DNA of 64,000 nt. It comes from Dehalococcoidia bacterium (GTDB lineage Bacteria; Chloroflexota; Dehalococcoidia; Lucifugimonadales; JAGWBF01). Below the pieces are notes generated by a model. It did no database searches. It saw only the letters and a list, made by a program, of their open reading frames with translations, and was not told where the DNA came from. Position numbers and translations under genes: made by a program. The stretch lies in contig OZ240206.1 of NCBI GenBank assembly GCA_965197405.1, positions 1,820,920 through 1,884,919 of the forward strand, in the 5' to 3' direction. Within the stretch, counting starts at the first letter, position 1. Each line of letters begins with the position of its first letter. Below, in pieces: positions 59,785 through 64,000 of this stretch.

Positions 59785-60498
59785 CTACTCCAGGTCCGGC
59801 CCTGACAACCTGATGTCCGGTAGGACGCCGGGGCCTCGGCTTTCCTCTTCCTCCATCACCTTACACGCCTCAGCGTACGCCTGGTCATAGGCCGGCTCTG
59901 TGGCCTTCCGTACTTCCTTGCCAATCTCCTTTCGTCTATCTCCCAGCCGTCGGCGCAGGGCACTTAGAGACTTTTCGGGCAACTTGAGCGTTGCGGTGTT
60001 CCGGGGTGCAGATGGGTCCATCTGCACCTTGGAAAAGTCCAGGTATTCCCCTCGTTTGGCCCCTTCCATCGGTCCGGTTTCAAAATATACGTAGTCCAGG
60101 ATAGTCCAGAGAGAATCAAGGGCCCAATGCTCGATAACCTTATCAACGGACCGCTTCACGGATGCATCGAACCTGGAATCGAAAGCTCTCTCGATTTCCC
60201 TCCCGTCTCCCGTTTTGGAATACCGGTAACCGGACACCACCCGGTCGCCAACTGTCCGAATAAATTCATGCTCAGATATGCCTAGACCCAAAGAACTGAT
60301 AGCCGTGTCCAGTTCGGCAGCGTAGGGGCCGTAGTGATGGAATCGCCATTTCAGACCGGTAGCCTGCTTTCGGTAGCGCCTATAATGTTCCACGTCAATG
60401 AGGTAGACCAATTTTACCAGGAAAGTCCTACCCACAACGCCGCCCCTGTCGTTCACCTGGTCCACTATGTAACCGATTAGAGGCTTCAAGTCGGTCAT
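59785..60498 (-). CDS. Panacea (DUF4065/SocA-like) antitoxin domain protein
   Basis: LVKLVYLID---Y---TG--W----YGPY. Confidence 0.78.
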   Translation of the reverse strand: MTDLKPLIGYIVDQVNDRGGVVGRTFLVKLVYLIDVEHYRRYRKQATGLKWRFHHYGPYAAELDTAISSLGLGISEHEFIRTVGDRVVSGYRYSKTGDGREIERAFDSRFDASVKRSVDKVIEHWALDSLWTILDYVYFETGPMEGAKRGEYLDFSKVQMDPSAPRNTATLKLPEKSLSALRRRLGDRRKEIGKEVRKATEPAYDQAYAEACKVMEEEESRGPGVLPDIRLSGPDLE

Positions 60499-60586
60499 GC
60501 GCCACCATTCACATACTCACGAATTAGGGTACTTCTTGCTTCTGGGCTGGGGATTTAACGCGGTCATTAGGAATCGAAAGGTCCTG

Positions 60587-61597
60587 CTACCCTCCCGGGG
60601 CCAGGGCTTCCAGGGTATGCAAGATTGCGTCCGGTGAACAGCCGTGGGGAAAGCTTATGATGGGCATATCGGCACCCTTCGACCTGTACCTCTCCAGCTT
60701 CTCCCGGCACTCTTCGTCATCGCCATAGATGGTTATTTTGTCCAGCATGTCGTCGGAAATCAGCGATGCCGCCTTCTCCCGCTCGTTCCTCGCCCAGGCT
60801 TCGCCGATGCGCTGGGACTCCTCCACGTACCCGTAGCGTTTGAACAGATCCCGGTAGTAGGTCCCCATGCCGCCCACGTAGTAGGCCATATGGGCCCTCA
60901 GGAGACGCTGCGCCTCGGCCCTCTCGCCGGGACTCTTTGTGGTGTAGCACATGACCCCGGGGGCTACGGTCACGTCCTTTATATCGCGGCCCGCTCTGAG
61001 GGTGCCGCTCTGCACCTGGTCTTTCAGCTTGGGCAGGTGGTCAACGTGGACCCAGATGGGGAGCCAGCCGTCGGCCAGCTCTCCCGTAAGGGCCAGATTC
61101 CTGGGGCCAAGCGAGGCTACATATATGGGTATGCGCTCCTGCACGGGCGAGAAGGTCAGGCGAAATCGGCTTAGCTGGAACAGACTCCCCTGGTAGTCCA
61201 CTCGCTGTCCGGCCAGCGCCATGCGCACTATGTCAATGTACTCCCGGGTCCGCTCCACAGGTCTGTCATATTTGACGCCGTGCCACTCCTCTATAACTAT
61301 CCGGCCACTGGTCCCCAGACCCAGAACGGCCCTCCCATTTGAAGCGACGTCCAGGGATGCGATGCTCTGGGCCACGAGGGCCGGAGTCCGGCTGAAAACG
61401 GTCACTATGCCCGTTCCCAATCGTATCCTGCCGGTGTGGCAGGCCATCATGGTCAGGACGGTGAAGACGTCCCGGCCCCACGATTCGCCCACCCAAAGGC
61501 TATCGTAGCCAAGCTCGTCGGCCCTGCGGGCCATCGCGATTATTCCATCGTTGTCCACGTCCATGCGGCTGCCTATACTCAGCCCGGTGGCGCCCAT
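60587..61597 (-). CDS. LLM-class flavin-dependent oxidoreductase
   Basis: ADELGYDSLWVGESWG, RLGTGI, SNGRAVLGLG, GELADGW. Confidence 0.9.
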   Translation of the reverse strand: MGATGLSIGSRMDVDNDGIIAMARRADELGYDSLWVGESWGRDVFTVLTMMACHTGRIRLGTGIVTVFSRTPALVAQSIASLDVASNGRAVLGLGTSGRIVIEEWHGVKYDRPVERTREYIDIVRMALAGQRVDYQGSLFQLSRFRLTFSPVQERIPIYVASLGPRNLALTGELADGWLPIWVHVDHLPKLKDQVQSGTLRAGRDIKDVTVAPGVMCYTTKSPGERAEAQRLLRAHMAYYVGGMGTYYRDLFKRYGYVEESQRIGEAWARNEREKAASLISDDMLDKITIYGDDEECREKLERYRSKGADMPIISFPHGCSPDAILHTLEALAPGG

Positions 61598-61654
61598 CGC
61601 CGCTTCCCCCCTTCGAGTCTGTAGGTGCGATTGCCCAAGGACAGCCGTAGATGC

Positions 61655-62572
61655 CTAGAACAGGGCGATGGGATTGGCCGGAGACCCGGTGCCACCCTCA
61701 ACCCTCAGCGGGGCGATGGTCAGCATGAACTCGTAGCGGCCCTCCTCGGCGCAGGCCTCTGCCAGGGGCTGTACCAGGGCATTGTCCAACAACGCCAGGC
61801 CATAGGAGTAGATTGCGCCGTGCACCGTGAAGGGGAGGTCATAGCCGCTGGGCGTGCAGTCCATCATATCCCAGACCAGCACCGATACGTCGTTGTCGCG
61901 GATGAAGGGAAGGCACGAGGCGTGCAGACCGGGCCACCCGTCCCCGGTGCCGTAGGGGCTATTGGGATGGGCTTCCTGCCACAGCTCTCGCCCACTGTAA
62001 ACTATCAGGGCATCGCCGGGCTCCAGGCTCACTCCCTGGGACCTTGCCGCGTCCTCCAGGTCCCAGCCGTGGACCGGGTGCGCCCGCGTGACGTAAGGCT
62101 CGCCCCGCAGCTTGGGTATATCCAGGAGCACACCCCGGGTGATGATGCCGTTGCTCCAATGCTCCACGGAGCCGAACGTGGCCCCGTTGAAGGTAATCTC
62201 CTTGGCCGGGTCGCGGCCGCCCCACACACCGTTCTCGTCCCACACGTGGCATAGAGCGTCTATGTGGGTCGTGACGAAGCCGTGGTAGGAGACGCCGTAG
62301 TAGTCCAGCGCGGCCCCGCCAGTGCCAAAGGCAAGGCTTTGCATCCAGTGATGGGCCGGGCTGGGGTTCCCGGGGCCGGGGGTCTTGGGGAAATACCTGC
62401 TGAGGGATACGCTCCTGCCGTTGCGCACAAGGCCGGCGGCGGCCACTCGCTTCTGGGGCGTGATGAGGTTCACCGCCCCGACCTCGTCATTATCGCCCCA
62501 CCGGCCCCAGTTGCGGCGGTCCCTCAGATAGGACTGCACCTCTTCCACCGTTGGCAAGTTTCTCTGTGCCAT
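61655..62572 (-). CDS. Cyclase family (kynurenine formamidase-like) protein
   Basis: NWGRWG-D--G--N, H---THIDALCH, RGVLLD, GGTGSP-NP-A. Confidence 0.9.
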   Translation of the reverse strand: MAQRNLPTVEEVQSYLRDRRNWGRWGDNDEVGAVNLITPQKRVAAAGLVRNGRSVSLSRYFPKTPGPGNPSPAHHWMQSLAFGTGGAALDYYGVSYHGFVTTHIDALCHVWDENGVWGGRDPAKEITFNGATFGSVEHWSNGIITRGVLLDIPKLRGEPYVTRAHPVHGWDLEDAARSQGVSLEPGDALIVYSGRELWQEAHPNSPYGTGDGWPGLHASCLPFIRDNDVSVLVWDMMDCTPSGYDLPFTVHGAIYSYGLALLDNALVQPLAEACAEEGRYEFMLTIAPLRVEGGTGSPANPIALF

Positions 62573-62625
62573 GTCTCTCTCCTGTTCGGCCTAATTGGAC
62601 TTACGAAAGCGCCGTATCCCTCGAC

Positions 62626-63543
62626 CTAGAGCAGGGCGATGGGGTTGACGGGAGATCCCGTGCCGCCTGCCACCTTCAGGGGGGCGATGGTCAGCAGGAA
62701 CTCGTAGCGCCCTTCCTCGGCGCAGGCCTCCGCCAGGGGTTGAAGCAGGGCGTTATCGAGTATGCCAACCCCGTAGGCGAAAATCACGCCGTGCACCGTC
62801 CAGGGAACATCGTACCCTTCGGGCGTCGTGTCTATCATGTCCCAGGCGAGCACGGAGACGTCGTTGTCTCGTATGAAGGGAATACACGAAGCGTGAAGTC
62901 CGGGCCTCTCGGCCTCGCTGCCGTAGGGATTGTCGGGATGGGCCTCCTGCCATATCTCACGGCCGCTGTAGACCACGAGGGCGTCGCCGGGCTCCATGGT
63001 TATGCCCTCGGCTCTAGCTGCGTCCTCCAGTTCCCAGCCGTGGACGGGGGTTTCCTGGGTGACGCAAGGCCCGCCCCGGAGCTTGGGTATGTCCAGGAGC
63101 ACGCCGCGAGTGACAATGCCATCGCTCCACTTGTCCACGGCCCCAAACTTTGCGCCGTCGAAGGTAATCACCTCGGAAGGGTCCCGGCCGCCCCACATGC
63201 CGTTCTCGTCCCACGTGTGGCACAGGGCGTCTATATGGGTTGCGGCAAACCCGTGAAAGGCGATTCCATAGTAATCTCCCGCCCAACCGCCTGTCCCGTG
63301 AGGGTTGGAGAACATCCAGTGCTGGGCCGGGGTCAGGTTCGCCGGGCTGTGGGTGGTGGGGAAATATCTGCTGAGGGACACGGCCCTGCCACTGCGCACC
63401 AGGCCGGCCGCGGCGCGACGCTTTTGAGGCGTGATGAGGTTCACCGCCCCAAGCTCGTCATCGTTGCCCCACCGGCCCCAGTTGCGCCGGTCTTTCAGGT
63501 ATGATTCCACCTCCGCTTGCGTTGGCAACCTTCTCTCCACCAT
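62626..63543 (-). CDS. Cyclase family protein, tandem paralog
   Basis: Same motifs and length as neighbour; AGGAGG RBS. Confidence 0.9.
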   Translation of the reverse strand: MVERRLPTQAEVESYLKDRRNWGRWGNDDELGAVNLITPQKRRAAAGLVRSGRAVSLSRYFPTTHSPANLTPAQHWMFSNPHGTGGWAGDYYGIAFHGFAATHIDALCHTWDENGMWGGRDPSEVITFDGAKFGAVDKWSDGIVTRGVLLDIPKLRGGPCVTQETPVHGWELEDAARAEGITMEPGDALVVYSGREIWQEAHPDNPYGSEAERPGLHASCIPFIRDNDVSVLAWDMIDTTPEGYDVPWTVHGVIFAYGVGILDNALLQPLAEACAEEGRYEFLLTIAPLKVAGGTGSPVNPIALL

Positions 63544-63660
63544 GTTACCCTCCTTTTGAAATGCAACTGACTGGAACCTGGCTGGAATCCAAGATACGAG
63601 GCCCCCAGTGGGAGTGGCCGCCACAGGACGCGCCATACACAGGCCGTCCTTGATGCCCTT

Positions 63661-63688
63661 ATTCTATGCCCCTCGGGGCCGTTGTCAA
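63661..63688 (-). promoter_or_regulatory. Putative sigma70 promoter for cyclase operon
   Basis: Reverse complement TTGACA-16 nt-TAGAAT. Confidence 0.5.
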
Positions 63689-63788
63689 GGTCTTGCCGGT
63701 GAGGTATAGTTGATAGGACACTGCCATAGAATAGGGAGGCAACCTATTCCCTATCACCCCATATTATCTCATTGAGGAGGAGCGAGTC

Positions 63789-64000
63789 ATGAGCATGGAG
63801 GACATACAAAAGAGGCTGGGGGTGCTGGAAGACATTGATTCGATAAAGAAACTCAAGGCCCGCTATTGCGCCTACTGCGATGACAATTACAACCTGGACG
63901 GCCTCGCGAGTCTGTTCACGGAGGACGCGGTCTGGGACGGCGGGCCGTTCCGCGGCAGGCACGAGGGAAGGGAGGCGATCCGCGAATTCTTTACCGACGC
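63789..64000 (+). CDS. SnoaL/NTF2-like protein (partial)
   Basis: RL--LED--SIK-LKARYC--CD...LFTEDAVWD...GREAIR; GAGGAG RBS. Confidence 0.82.
   Translation, partial: MSMEDIQKRLGVLEDIDSIKKLKARYCAYCDDNYNLDGLASLFTEDAVWDGGPFRGRHEGREAIREFFTD

Overview
GC-rich bacterial window, inferred to be Chloroflexota (Dehalococcoidia/SAR202-like) from three LLM flavin oxidoreductases, many amidohydrolase-type enzymes and an rsfS/ndk-tsaB-tsaE-thiL block. It holds about 60 CDS, three tRNAs (Pro-GGG, Lys-CTT, Asp-GTC), a corrinoid-type methyl-transfer cluster, a Co-type nitrile hydratase alpha subunit next to an apparently circularly permuted beta-like subunit, copA plus a YHS protein, and a probable UGA-readthrough (UXX-stop) glutaredoxin-like selenoprotein. 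The most striking layer is mobile DNA: four IS5-family copies with TAA/TTA target duplications, an IS630 end, a transposase-free inverted-repeat cassette carrying a PaREP1-like gene, and a nested repeat system. In that system the same REP-like palindrome doublets sit inside MITE-like wrappers with different ends, and are themselves hit by a 24-26 nt hairpin micro-element. Two toxin genes (hicA and a PemK-like gene behind a Panacea antitoxin) are cleanly interrupted by insertions. The PemK-like pair lies directly upstream of an atypical soluble kinase and PP2C phosphatase. All calls come from reading motifs by eye; no database searches were run.
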